Positions 13,359 through 27,099 are shown, counted from the stretch's first letter. The stretch is 64,000 nt of DNA from Tubulanus polymorphus (GCF_964204645.1 NC_134025.1:1302001-1366000); one strand, 5' to 3'. Numbers and translations: made by a program. The notes: generated by a model from the sequence alone, not told the origin.

Positions 13359-13836
13359 TTATTGAAAGTGAACAATTGGATCGCTTTCCTTCTTTCCAGT
13401 TAGAATAGTTTCGTGCAGCTCTAATTCCATAGCGGGCGGCAACTTTTGCCAAACTCGAATGTGAATATATTCATCATTTCCAACGTGAACCTGGAATAAA
13501 ATAGAAGGCATTCACAATCGGGTTGGCCTCCCTTCCCTTCCTGCTTCTACATTCACAATGATTTCATTACATTACAACAAACCTTTATGAAGTAATTGGT
13601 ACCAGCTACAACTTGAGTCGCAACATGAGTAGCAGTGAAAGTGGGATAGGATTTATTAGTTTTTGATTGCACTTGATCCTTCACCTGAAAAATATGGTTC
13701 GAAAAGTTTGTTTACTAAAAAGATTGTGGCAACAAATCAGAATACACCGGTTAAAATGACTGTTTACCTTCTCACAGATATCTTGATCCTCAGCAGTCGC
13801 TGCTCTAGAACCCTGAACACCACCGCACATTGCCAT
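13359..13836 (-). CDS. CSTB: Cystatin-B / stefin (type 1 cystatin), 100 aa, 3 exons
   Basis: Exons 13836-13768, 13684-13583 and 13490-13359 give MAMCGGVQGSRAATAEDQDICEK|VKDQVQSKTNKSYPTFTATHVATQVVAGTNYFIK|VHVGNDEYIHIRVWQKLPP...DPIVHFQ*. N-terminal Gly, QVVAG loop, LP loop and the typical two phase-0 introns are present. Absent from the ORF track. Confidence 0.95.
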
Positions 13837-14060
13837 TATTAACAATTAAACACTGATAAATCAAAACTAATCCCGAAAAACAAAAAACTGATGAACCGAC
13901 AATCAGCTGATGAATTGTCATGAGATCACCAGCAGGTGCTGCCATCTACCTCGCTTGCCATATGAGAATATAAGTGGCAGCACTTGACGGTAGCAGTGTA
14001 ACCAACTGTCGGGTCTTACACGGATCGATTTACACAGTACTACTACATGTAGTTAGAAGT

Positions 14061-17000
14061 ATGTCACATTTGCTGCATATTTCGGGATGCGGACCAGACT
14101 CAAATTTAGTAAAAGATGCCCCGGCTCAAGTAAGTTAAAGAAATGTGTTGATTTTGTAACGATTTTCACAATAAACTAAAACTTGAATCGTGGCACTTGG
14201 CAGCCAGTGTTGGCACTTTATCAGTTCTCCTGCTGTGCATAGTAGAGCAAATACGTAGATCTATAAAAAAATCCCTGACTGCTATATCAATCAAAATGCT
14301 CTATATGTACACGGTGCCAGCTGCTCGCTTATTTTCCATGTTTCATACTGTTTTTTACAATCTATCCGTAATAGATACGTTTCCATGTACTGTGTTTTTA
14401 CAGTCTATATTCACCCATAGATTGTTTCCATGCTCGATCGGGATCTGAATCTCGGCGATGAAACGTTGAATCGAATGATGAGAGTGATGGAAGTAGAGAT
14501 GAAACACGGTTTGAGCGGGAATGAAAAATTCCGCAAACAATCGTCCTTAAAAATGTTAGTCACGTATGTGAGGGAAGTTTTAGATGGAACTGGTAAATTT
14601 ACTAAACAATTCATCGAATGTTTTGCCATTACACAAAACCGCCACATGAAATTCTAATTATTAATACGTTGTTTGATTTATTTTCGGGGGGCTTTAGAGG
14701 AAGGAGAATTTCTGGCCTTGGATCTTGGCGGTACGAATTTTCGTGTACTGCACATGACGATGAAAGCGGGGAAATTGGTTTACTTCATTTCTAAAACGTA
14801 TTCGATATCGTCTTCAACGTTGCACGGGTCGGCGGTCGAGGTACGATTTCAAATCAGAGAAAAAACTATTGATCTGCAGATTTTGATATTTCGTTAGAGT
14901 ACAAAGTTGAATTGTATTCTTACGTAGGTATTTGACTACATCGCTGAATGCATTGCCGAATTTGTGGAAGAAGAAGGCATTCAAAATGAGAAAAGGCTTC
15001 CTTTAGGTGCGTGGAAACCTCACCGTTATAAACACAGAATTATATATCATTCGCCCTTAAAACTACGAATGATTTATCGCAATTTCTACAGGTTTCACGT
15101 TTTCATTTCCACTCAAAAAAGAAGGGCTTCGAAAAGGAATTCTGATGAAATGGAATAAAACGTTTAGATGTTCCGATGGTATCGGTGAAGATGTAGTTTG
15201 TTTGTTGGAAGATGCGATTCACAAAAGAGGGGTATGAAATATCGGCTACATTCACTACCGTTTAAATGCGTTGAAGAGATTGAGATATCGTTTGCTGTTA
15301 GTTGCGCGTCAAAAAGTGTTCTTAGATATTTGAGATGTTTGTTTGAGTGTATAGAACTGAAATGTCAAAATCTATGGAGATATATTTTACAAAATCTCAT
15401 TAAAAGATATCTGTCGATACATTTTTCATGTAACCTTTTTGCCATCATATCAATCACATTCATTGCGGAGACAAAGTATATTTGTAAAAAGACGATACTT
15501 TCCGATATATTTACACTATTTTCATTTCGACGATAATAACTCGAGTGAAGTAGAATATCAGGCCAGCCGGGTCATTCCCACGTTTTTCACTGATGTCTGC
15601 GACAGATAATTTTACGTTTTTGGGGCTAAAGAACTTAACGTACGTAACGGCTATGAATGAAAAGTTTGTTTTACCGACACAAAATTCACCGGACACGTGA
15701 ACACGCGTGTTTCGTGTTATCGTAAATCGTCGTCGATCAAAGTCCCATTTGAACCTAGTTAAACTTTTATTCGATATCCAAGAATTCACGTCTTATCTGA
15801 AAATACCGTAAATACAAAACATTGACATCGAGCCATAATCTACGATCCTCGCTGCTCAGATCGATGTAGTTTCGGGGTTTATTTACATTTCAGGATATAA
15901 ATGTAGAAGTAGTGGCCATATTGAATGATACAACTGGTACGTTAATGGCTGGAGCGTATATCGATCATCATTGTCAAATTGGACTCATTATCGGTACATC
16001 GACCTAAAACTAGTTACCATTATTTTACAAATATTCCCCCGAAATAAAACCACACAATATTATGAATACACTGTTGTACATCTCGTAGGTACGGGTTGCA
16101 ATGTCTGTTACGTGGAACACTTGGAAAATGTTGATAAATGGCGAGAACTAATAATTCACCCTAAAGAGGTAAACACACACACTATATAGATCAGTGATTA
16201 TAGTGAAACTCCCGTAAACCGTCGTCGAACGACGATCATTTGTGTTGGAAATTGCCATTTATACTTAAAATCTGGAATATCGAAAGTTTGATCGACACTA
16301 GTCAGTAACCTGTCTGTGGTTTATTTTCACGATCGGATATTTTCCCTAACCAAATAAGTATAAGGTATAAGCCCATCCGATTATAAAAAGCTTACCACCA
16401 ACGATTAGGTAAATAACTAGATCGTCACAAAAGTTGTTATGGCTTCGGTAATCTGACGACTTAAAACTTTATATCTATCTTATATCCAATATTCTTAGGT
16501 GATTATCAATACTGAATGGGGCGCTTTCGGTGACAATGGATCCTTAGATTTTCTGAAAACAGAAGTTGATCGATGCATCGATAAAAACTCGCCACATCCG
16601 GGTATCAACACGTAAGTAACTGAGGAATTAGAAATCTGAGGAATTAGATTCATGACAAAATTCCTCAGTTCTCGGTTCAAACTTTCCTCTAACGGTTCTT
16701 AATTCTATCAATAGTTCACTTTTTTCACCGATTTTTATCTTATGGCAGTTTTGAGAAGTTGTTTTCTGGAATGTTTATGGGTGAATTACTGCGACATTAC
16801 ATGTTGGAAAATATACGAAACGGTTCGTTATTTTCCGGTAGAGGTGAAAACGTTCTGGAGAAAACGGGAACTATAAAGACATCGCATATCTCGCAAATTG
16901 AAAAGTAAGTTGGAACCAAATGCGTCTTGTTTACGTCTTGCAAATGCGTCTTGATTCGAGCCCTTCAACACGGGATAGTTCACCTCAAAATGACCTCTGA

Positions 17001-18275
17001 TTATTCTGTTTATTTGTAATATACGATCTATCTATATCTAAATGTTCATATCTATATCTCGAATATTCTAATTTTAGGGACTTTTTCAATCTCAACCAAA
17101 CGCGAAAGTTTCTACGTGAAATAGGTTTATTAGAAGATGCCTCGCCGTCAGATGTCGCTGCTGTCCGCCTGATCAGTGAATTAATTACAATCAGAGCCGC
17201 GAAAATTATTTCTACCGGTAAACTCTCGATTTACCTAAAAGATGTTTTTTTGTGTGAAGAAATCGCGCCTTTGCCTGGTTCGAAAATAAACGAAAATAAA
17301 CACCTGTCTGGTCACCACACCTGACTGGTCACCACACCTGACTGGTCACCACAATGACCAGATAAAGTATAAAACCTCAGTCAAACTTCCAAAATGTACC
17401 GGTGCATTAGTCTAGTGGTTAGTGCGTAGAGCTTATATCCTTGTGGTTCACGGTTCGAATCTTTGTATGACCAGACTAAATACGTTTTTAGTGAATTTAT
17501 TTGATTCGGAGGATTCCATTATTTTTTTGGTAATGATCTTGATGTGAATGATTTTTTAAATCTTATTCAGTTGTTTTATTTTTAAATGATACCAGGTTTG
17601 GCTGTACTTCTTCATCAGATCAACAAACCAACTGTCACAATCGCTGTAGATGGGTCTCTTTATAAATATCATCCGACTTTGAAACATTTGATTCAGGAAG
17701 AATTGAATAAACTTGTTCCTGGTACTAAGGTAACTTTCATCACTCAACCAAGGGCGCAGTTACTCTTACGACCATTCTTAGACAATAGCTACAATATGAG
17801 CAGCTTATGTCGAGCTATGATTTAAGACCACTTTTTAACATCGGTCACAACAGTGTAACTGGGTCCTACGCTACACTCAATCACTAAAATGTTTAGATTT
17901 GTTACCTTAAATTTCCACTTCCTTTCATCCTGTCCAGCTTTGAAAAGCCCTGGCCGGATTCCACCAGTGACGGACACTAATGACAGCAGGGTCCCTGCTC
18001 GAATCGAGCAGGTGATCCTCATCCTCCCCTCCCCACGACACCGTCCATTCTCATGTGAATAATCGTAATTCCAAAACGTGATTGATGTCCCGCAAAAAAA
18101 AACAGAATTTGAAACTGATGCAAACTTGTGATAGGGAAATATCTTCCTTACACATCATTAATACTGTGAATTGATTTTGTAGACGAAATTGATACTGGCT
18201 GAAGATGGAAGCGGTCATGGTGCTGGTTATGTCGCTGCGGTTGTGAATAGACTGGATAAACGTAGAATTCACTAA
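14061..18275 (+). CDS. HK: Hexokinase (single-domain, ~50 kDa type), 12 exons
   Basis: Motifs across spliced exons: [83 protein letters not shown]; stop at 18273-18275. First exon 14061-14129 inferred from ATG and donor. Confidence 0.95.
17401..17472 (+). pseudogene. tRNA-derived remnant (pseudogene or SINE head) in a hexokinase intron
   Basis: A box tagtctagtggtt and B box ggttcgaatc are present, but the anticodon and T stems are disrupted. Confidence 0.5.
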
Positions 18276-19654
18276 TTTCAACTGCCAAAAATATGGTGGC
18301 TCATTCGGAGAAATAATCTTGTTTTTGTTGGGTCATTTGACATCCAATAGCCACTGTTTAAAGTGTACATGAAATGAAAATGAAATCATTTCACTAGAAT
18401 TGGCTTAATCCAAGGGATACATGTAAATATATGCTGTGTATATAGTGTATATAGAATGTAGTATTAAAATATAATGTTACATTTTAACCGAATTTAAAAG
18501 ACTTCGATAGAAATGTTTCAGATTTCCGACATCTAAAAACTAGTATCTTGAAGCAGGATGGTATTTTTATGGACTTTCGCTTCAGCTACATTCATCAATT
18601 TAATTTCTTCATTAATTCAGTTAATCTTAAATCGATTTAGGCCTTAGAGATGTTATATTAAACTTAACTACACGAATGACAAATTTCAAAATCAATCATA
18701 TTTATTCTCACGCAACAATTATACAAAATGCCAGGAGCGCTAGCGGAATTATAATGTAAGCTCCTCAAACACATGGACTTTCAAAAACAACTAGTCCAAC
18801 CAACATAAGCAAATAAACTAAACGAGAGTTTACGCATGGTCCAACCATAGACTCTTAAAACAAAAAAGGTCTGGCCCAACCATGGACTCATTAGTCCATG
18901 GCCCCCGCACTAAAACCAGAGATAAACCTGGCCAAATACTCTGAAAATCGTAGGATTAAGTAATCAATCTGATTTACATTCTTAACATCATTTTATTTTC
19001 ACATATCAAATTATTAACTTTTAGCTTACTTTCTCAAATTTTAATAGTAATTTTATTTCTTTTACTATGTATGAAATTTTAACTAACATAAAAAACCACA
19101 AAAGTTACATGTAAGGTATTTATAAGTCTTTATCTACGATACATTTCCACTACAGCTGATTTATACAATTTGCATCAATAGGAAAGTAACAAAAATACGC
19201 AAAGAATTGTAAACTTCGATCCATAAAACACCGACAATTGGACTAGTCTGAAAGTCTAAGATTATGAATTTGACAATTCATGAGGTCAATATGACCGAAA
19301 CTTCGTTATTTTTATGAAATATCGGTATGAATCGATCATATCAACTTTTCAAATGACATCGAGATTGAGGACATCTCAATTATCAAGAAAAAGCTCAACT
19401 TTATTCGATAGGACCTTAATAAATCAGTGTTTTATGAACAATTGATACGAACACGTCATTTTATACCAACAACAATTTTACCTAAATGACAAGTATGTTT
19501 TCCTTAGATCAAACCCTGCAAACATAAAATGCCTTCCTAAAATAAATGAGCAATTGTTGACAAGTTTGTAAAACAATGCGGAATAAACGGACAATTGTTG
19601 CTGTAAGTATCGTGTGCGTTTTTTAAACATTTTTCGAAAAACAAGCCAGAATAG

Positions 19655-20620
19655 GTCTATTCAGGGATCGAACCCGGGACACCCCTGTACATCATCTATT
19701 CAGCATCAGGACCGCTCTGAATCGGAAGCAGTAATTACTGGGTTCGAACCCGGGATATCCGCTTAGTTTATCAGTGATACTATGATCGCCATCTATTGGA
19801 ATTTGGCTGAACCGACTAGACAGCTCTTAGTGGTCCACTAGATGGCGAGTGTGATTTCAGCACATTGAAGTAGAGTCAGTGAGACTAATAAGAGCTGTCT
19901 AGTAGGTTCAGCCAAATTCCAATAGATGGCGATCACGTTAAAAATCTTGACATCCCTCCCGTCAGACACCTCTATATCTTCTATTCAGCATCACTACAGG
20001 ATCATTCTGAATCAGTGTCAGTAATTACAGGTTCGAATCCGCAACACCCCTGTACATCGTCTATTCAGCATCAGGACCACTCTGAATCAGCATCAGTAAT
20101 TACTGGGTTCGAACCCGGGACATCCGCTTAGTTCTTTATTTAAGATAAATGAGCAGTTGTTGACAAGTTTGTAAAACAATGCGGAATAAATAGACAAATG
20201 TTGCGTTATTTAAACATTTTCGAAAAACAAGCCAGAATAGGTCTATTCAAGGATCGAACACCTAGTCATCCTCTATTCAGCATCAGGACCTGAATCAGTA
20301 TCAGTAGTTACCAGGTTCGAACCCGGGACCCTCTGACATCCTCTATTCAGCATCAGACCCACTCTGTCAGTAATTACTGGGTTCGAACCCGGGTCACCCT
20401 TGTACATCCTCTATTCAGCATCAGTACCAACGTTTCAACGGCAGTAATTACTGGGTTCGAACCTGGGAAATCCACCTAGTTTATCGATAATGCTATACAT
20501 CAGTACCACTCCAAATCAGTATCAGTAATTACCAGGTTCGAACCGGACAACCCCGTTTATCATTTTCAGTATCCAGATCTAAAAGAATCAGAAACAATTA
20601 ACCAGGTTCGAACCCCTTCC
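19655..20620 (-). repeat. Tandem array of tRNA-derived ~65-75 bp units with Pol III B boxes
   Basis: About 10 GG(T/A)TCGAA B-box cores embedded in the unit ctattcagcatcag...cagtaattactgggttcgaacccggg. A ~120-bp direct duplication (19545 / 20145) overlaps the array. Confidence 0.75.
19783..19935. mobile_element. Foldback/MITE-like element with ~47-bp inverted arms
   Basis: tgatcgccatctattggaatttggctgaaccgactagacagctctta pairs with taagagctgtctagtaggttcagccaaattccaatagatggcgatca. A partial copy lies at ~20648. Confidence 0.75.
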
Positions 20621-21919
20621 TTATCTTATTTAGTACCCTAAGCTTAGACCGCCATCTATTAGAATTTTGCTGAACTGACAACATCGCTCTTTTTATCTCT
20701 TTTGCTCTTGTTTGATATGTTAAAATCACACTTTCAAAGTTGTAAAAAAAGAAAGTCTCTACCACATTGAGAGTGGTTTGAAATTCTCATTGTACAATTG
20801 AACCTTCCTGTTAAACACGAATCTTAAGGGTGGCAAAAGTGAAACTGTCGAACATGTAATAACCAGGTTTCAAATTGTCCAAATTTGGATAGATATAAAT
20901 ATTTTAGCTGGGACAAGCTACAAACAGAATCGCATCAATGAGGTTCAACTGTACTCTCAATAATTTCATTTCATTCACTTCCAGAGCAAAAATAATCCAT
21001 GTACAATAGACTTCTAACCGGAATCAATTAAGACAAGGTGATAGTTCTAGTCACCTGTAGACAATAGAACTTCAATGCAATAGTTCCATGTGTTTATGTC
21101 TGGGTTGGTGTAAGCTTGGAGAATGATTACTCCAAGATGTAAGTAACTAGACTTGAAATTAGTCGAATGAAACACTCCTACCGTGTCTTAAGGAATAGAT
21201 ACAGTCTTAATTAGACTTGAATTGATTCCAGTTAACAGAGACTGAGAGAATGTCCACTGTACATGATATGAAGAAAAAGTAACACATAATTTGCAGCGAA
21301 CAACTGACCACTAGTGATGCTGATGTTACAACAACTAGTGGTTAGTAGTTCAAAATGTATTGATAAACAATAGTTCAACCAATAATCAAACATCATAAAA
21401 TCAATGTATTGAGCAAATCAACAAACAAGTATAGATCAAACTGAGAATCTTGAGTTTAACATCCTCAGAATGAGATAGAACACAAAAACTATCATTTTAA
21501 AGAAATAAATGTATTTACAAACACAGTCACAAGTACAAAATCTCCACATATACAGCACATTCATTCATCACTGTAATAAAACTCTAAACCAAAGTTTGAT
21601 CCTCAATAATGAGATGGAATACAAAACTATCATTTCAGAAATCATTTAACAAGCACAAAAACAAGCAAGAGAAGCCCCTTGAAACATATACACTTAAAAC
21701 GCAAAGTTGCAGCAAATCAGTAATTAATAACCCACAATCAGATTCAACACCAAACTAGCCAATCAAACAATCAATTCATATTTATTTTTCAATAGATGTA
21801 CAATGTGTATTTTCATTCACCCTACACGGAAGCTAACAGCCTCTTTAAATAAATAAACTTAAAACGATAAGTCGTAATTACAAACACAGAGAAATCCTCA
21901 ACAGTGAAATATCTCTGCT

Positions 21920-22095
21920 ATTTGACGGAGATATTGTTCAGCATCTCTGGAACTATGATAACTCGCGGTAACAATCACTGAAATAAGTCCACATTTGACG
22001 GAGAAATTGTTCAGCATCTCTGGAACTACGATAACTCGCGGTAACAATCACTGAAGTAAGTCCCGATTTGACGGAGAAATTGGTCGGCATCTCTG
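21920..22095. repeat. ~73-bp tandem repeat (2.5 copies)
   Basis: atttgacggagaaattgttcagcatctctggaact...cactgaaataagtcc repeated. Confidence 0.8.
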
Positions 22096-24144
22096 ATCTG
22101 ATCTTTTCCTGTTATCTGATATTCTACAGCCAACCACACACTCAATACTACAATGACAAAACACAAAATATGAATAATGCTATCATTTTTAAGACTCTTC
22201 TCCAAAGATAAATTTCAACTATACCTGATTTATAGTCAATTCAGACTCACGACATCGACCTGGAGAAATACACTCAACACTTCCAGATCTTTGATGTTTC
22301 TCTTTCCTGTAGAGTTACATGTCTTTACCAACAACGACCACAACAAACAGACAAACCACTGGCTACAACAAAAATACATAGAATAAAAGTAACCAGCATC
22401 ATTTAGTCTGCTGTTCCTACCATGAAATTCATATCAAGTTTAATTATACCTGATTTATAGTCAATTCAGACTCATGACTTGGACCTTTTGAAATTTGCTG
22501 AACGCTTCGTGATCTCTGATGTTTCCTTTCCTCTCTACCAACAACCAACAAACAGACAAACCACTGGCTACAACAGAAATACATTGAATAAAAGTAACCA
22601 GCTTCATTAAGTCTGCTGTTCTTACAATGAAATTCATATCAAGTTCAATTATACCTGATTATAGTCAATTCAGACTTATGACTTAAAAAAGAAAGTGCTC
22701 AGAACTCCAGCAACTTTTAGTATCTTCTTGAACTTTCTGTTTGATGTGGGGATTCCTCAGAATACTTCGATTTCCACAGACAAACACTGAAAGAAGAAAT
22801 TGTTCAGCATCTCTGATCTGATCTTCCTGTCATCTGATATTGTACAGCCAACCACAAGCTCAATACTACAATGTACACAAAAAAATGAATAATTCTTAAA
22901 AAAAGAAATTTTACCTGATTTATAGTCAATTCAGACTCATGGCACCTTAAATACTGCTCTGCACAACTGGAACAATCCTGAATGGCGGTTCCCATCAATC
23001 CTTTGGTATTTTGTACTTGACGACCAAATCAATACACACTACAATAAGATAACATGCAATACATGTTCATGTTATAACTAACCTACCGTCCTAGTTGAAA
23101 CATTCTTATCTACAAAACAATTTATAGCAATTTATATTTTACCTGATTTATAGTCTTGACTTAGCGAACTTTCTCAGAACCTCAGAAACTTTCGGTATCA
23201 TCTTGAACTTTGTGTTTGAAGGGTGGAGATTACCTACGATCTCTGCTGACAACAGACACCAATTCAACGCTTCTCTTTCTGGGACTTTCTTCTTGCTCTT
23301 TTCTCTCATTTTACTCATTAATATTTAACTATGCAACACTTTTCATTTTTACAACATTATAAAATGGACATTATGTTTTTCTTTACATCATCGTTGTTGG
23401 AGATTTTACAAGAAATTACACAAACATACCTTCTTTAATTTTAAACTCACAGCTGTTTGTAAATTATTTTCACACACAAAGATCGCGTGCTGCATGCTGA
23501 TCAATTTGTTTACCATGCGCATGGACCCGCGGGTGTGCAAGTGCTGTTTAGTGCAAGTGATGCATCGGTGCAAGTGCAAAGTGAGACATCGAGTGCGAAG
23601 TGAGACGTCAAGTGCAAAGTGAGACGTCAATTGTTTTTGCCAGTGTTTACGATTAACCATCTTTCTGAGATGTTTAAAGCAATTTGAATGCTAACGGTTT
23701 TTTACACTGTCAAACTTATATACCTTATCAAAGTTTTAGACCCTGATATTTTTATCACTCACTAACGTGGAGTAATAATCAGTGCTAGTGCTGTAAGTCA
23801 CTGAACATTCATTATTTTTTATGCCACAATTATACTTGACAATCTAAGGAGCAATCTTCAACACGTATATCACCAAAATTAATAGATTCTCAAACTATAT
23901 ACCCAGTGTGTGAAAATCTACTTCACAAATCTTACCGATAGAAACAGCATTACAATCTAATATGGCCACCAGTCGGCAATCTTGACTGCAAATACCACCA
24001 AAATCAATAGACTTCTGGAGCTATACACCAAACATGTTATAAGTTACAGTGTTCCAATTCAATATGGCTGCCAGTCAGCAATCTTGAACGTGAATATCAC
24101 CACAATCAATAGGCTTAGAGTGTCAGCAACAATCAGTGATGTAA

Positions 24145-25657
24145 GTCACTGACAATTCAGTACATGTCACACTTATTTTTGACATTTTGAGGAAGATAAG
24201 GGTAGGAGAACATTCCAAGACACTCAATATCAGCCTGGCCTGAAGTCACTGACAATTCAGTCAATATCGCATGTCGTCTTGACATTTTAAGAAGGTAAGG
24301 AAAGGAGAACACTCCAACACTTAATATCAGCCTGGCTGAAGTCGCTGACAATTCAGTCAATATCGCATGTCGTCTTGGCATTTGAAGAAGGTAAGGAAAG
24401 GAGAACACTCCAACACTTAGTATCAGCCTGGCCTGAAGTCGCTGACAATTCAGTCAATATCGCATGTCGTCTTGGCATTTGAAGAAGGTAAGGAAAGGAG
24501 AACACTCCAAGACTCAATATCAGCCTGGCCTGAAGTCACTGACAATTCAGTCAATATCGCATGTCGTCTTGGCATTTGAAGAAGGTAAGGAAAGGAGAAC
24601 ACTCCAAGACTCAATATCAGCCTGGCTGAAGTCGCTGACAATTCAGTCAATATCGCATGTCGTCTTGGCATTTGAAGAAGGTAAGGAAAGGAGAACACTC
24701 CAACACTTAATATCAGCCTGGCCTGAAGTCGCTGATTATTCAGTCAATGTTACAGTTCATATTGACATTTGAAGGAGGTAAGAGAAAATATTGATTCAGC
24801 AGTTATTTTCCCACTTTCAGTGTTTTTGAACGCTAAACGAGGAATTTCAATCAATCTTATTCTGGAAACCACAGCAAAAGAACTACATCAACTCATTCAA
24901 TATCACCCCTAAACAGAGTGCAATGAATAAACATGGAGAAGGAACTTGCAAGTTTTTTAGATGTTCATAATGTGTATTTTGATAATGTAATAATGTTATA
25001 ATTCATGATGTAATAATGTTTAATGTAATAATGGAAGAAGGCACGGGACAGAAATACAATTCTCATTATCACCCCTAAGACAGAGCGTAATAGTTAACAC
25101 GCAGCAGCAAGGAGCAGTATTTGAATAAAGCAGCAATCAATGTTGTAAGTCACTGACAATTCAGTCAATATCGCATGTCGTCTTGGCATTTGAAGAAGGT
25201 AAGGGAAGGAGAACACTCCAAGACTCAATATCAGCTTGGCCTGAAGTCACTGACAATTCAGTCAATATCGCATGTCGTCTTGACATTTGAAGAAGGTAAG
25301 GGAAGGAGAACACTCCAAGACTCAATATCAGCCTGGCCTGAAGTCACTGACAATTCAGTCAATATCGCATGTCGTCTTGGCATTTGAAGAAGGTAAGGGA
25401 AGGAGAACACTCCAAGACTCAATATCAGCCTGGCCTGAAGTCACTGACAATTCAGTCAATATCGCATGTCGTCTTGGCATTTGAAGAAGGTAAGGAAAGG
25501 AGAACACTCCAAGACTCAATATCAGCCTGGCCTGAAGTCACTGACAATTCAGTCAATATCGCATGTCGTCTTGACATTTGAAGAAGGTAAGGGAAGGAGA
25601 ACACTCCAAGACTCAATATCAGCTTGGCCTGAAGTCGCTGACAATTCAGTCAATATC
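24145..25657. repeat. 97-bp satellite, two blocks (24145-24775, 25145-25657)
   Basis: Unit cactgacaattcagtcaatatcgcatgtcgtcttggcatttgaagaaggtaagg...ctcaatatcagcctggcctgaagt. The 97-bp period is also visible in the ORF track. Confidence 0.92.
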
Positions 25658-25965
25658 AATTAAGTATAGCAATTTGCAAGCATATATATACCATGTATGG
25701 AACCACCACCCGAAGATCAACAGAATTAAGTAGCTATCACAGGATAGCATGTTTGTATATATACAGTTAAAACGGAAAATCGCAATTAAGCAAACATGAT
25801 TAAGTATCACAATTTGCCAGCATCTGTACACATTGAACCATCACCCGAAGATTGACAGATTTACGTAGCTATCACAGGATAGCACATGATAGTGTATATA
25901 TACAGTTAAAATGGAAATTGCAATTAAGCAAATATGATTAAGTATCACAATTTGCCAGCATCTAT

Positions 25966-27080
25966 AGGAAACATAATCAATCCCAATTCACCGGCATATA
26001 TTACAATATATACACAGAACCAACACCAGCGATATTTCAAAGATTCAACCACCACAAAGCTATCGATGGATAGCTGTATTGAATATTTATATATTTAAAA
26101 CGTTAAGTCGCAATAAGGACGATCAGGAAACATAATCAATCCCAATTCACCGGCATATATTACAATATATACACAGAACCAACACCAGCGATATTTCAAT
26201 GATTCAACCACCACAAAGCTATCGATGGATAGCTGTTTTGAATATTTATACATTTAAAACGTTAAGTCGCAATAAGGACGATCAGGAAACATAATCAATC
26301 TCAATTCACCGGCATATATTACAATATATACACAGAACCAACACCAGCGACATTTCAATGATTCAACCACCACAAAGCTATCGATGGATAGCTGTATTGA
26401 ATATTTATATATTTAAAACGTTAAGTCGCAATAAGGACGATCAGGAAACATAATCAATCCCATTTCACTGACATATATTACAATATATACACAGAACCAA
26501 CACCAGCGACATTTCAATGATTCAACCACCACAAAGCTATCGATGGATAGCTGTTTTGAATATTTATACATTTAAATCGTTAAGTCGCAATAAGGACGAT
26601 CAGGAAACATAATCAATCCCATTTCACTGACATATATTACAATATATACACAGAACCAACACCAGCGACATTTCAATGATTCAACCACCACAAAGCTATC
26701 GATGGATAGCTGTATTGAATATTTATATATTTAAAACGTTAAGTCGCAATAAGGACGATCAGGAAACATAATCAATCCCAATTCACCGGCATATATTACA
26801 ATATATACACAGAACCAACACCAGCGACATTTCAATGATTCAACCACCACAAAGCTATCGATGGATAGCTGTATTGAATATTTATATATTTAAAACGTTA
26901 AGTCGCAATAAGGACGATCAGGAAACATAATCAATCCCAATTCACCGGCATATATTACAATATATACACAGAACCAACACCAGCGACATTTCAAAAATTC
27001 AACCACCACAAAGCTATCGATGGATAGCTGTTTTGAATATTTATACATTTAAAACGTACAGTCGTAATGAGGACGATCGG
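25966..27080. repeat. 159-bp satellite (~7 copies), preceded by related ~138-bp repeats from 25665
   Basis: aggaaacataatcaat recurs at 25966, 26125, 26284, 26443, 26602, 26761 and 26920. Confidence 0.92.
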
Positions 27081-27099
27081 GAGGCAAAACTCGCCAAAA

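Noticed and set aside
17940-18050. GC-rich structured insert in the last hexokinase intron (cctgctcg-aat-cgagcagg hairpin), possible HDV-like ribozyme
   Set aside because: I could not build the nested double pseudoknot by eye. Probably a retroelement fragment.
22223-23165. Spliced-leader RNA gene array
   Set aside because: A conserved sequence plus donor is suggestive, but no consistent Sm site or conserved downstream stem-loops follow the donors.
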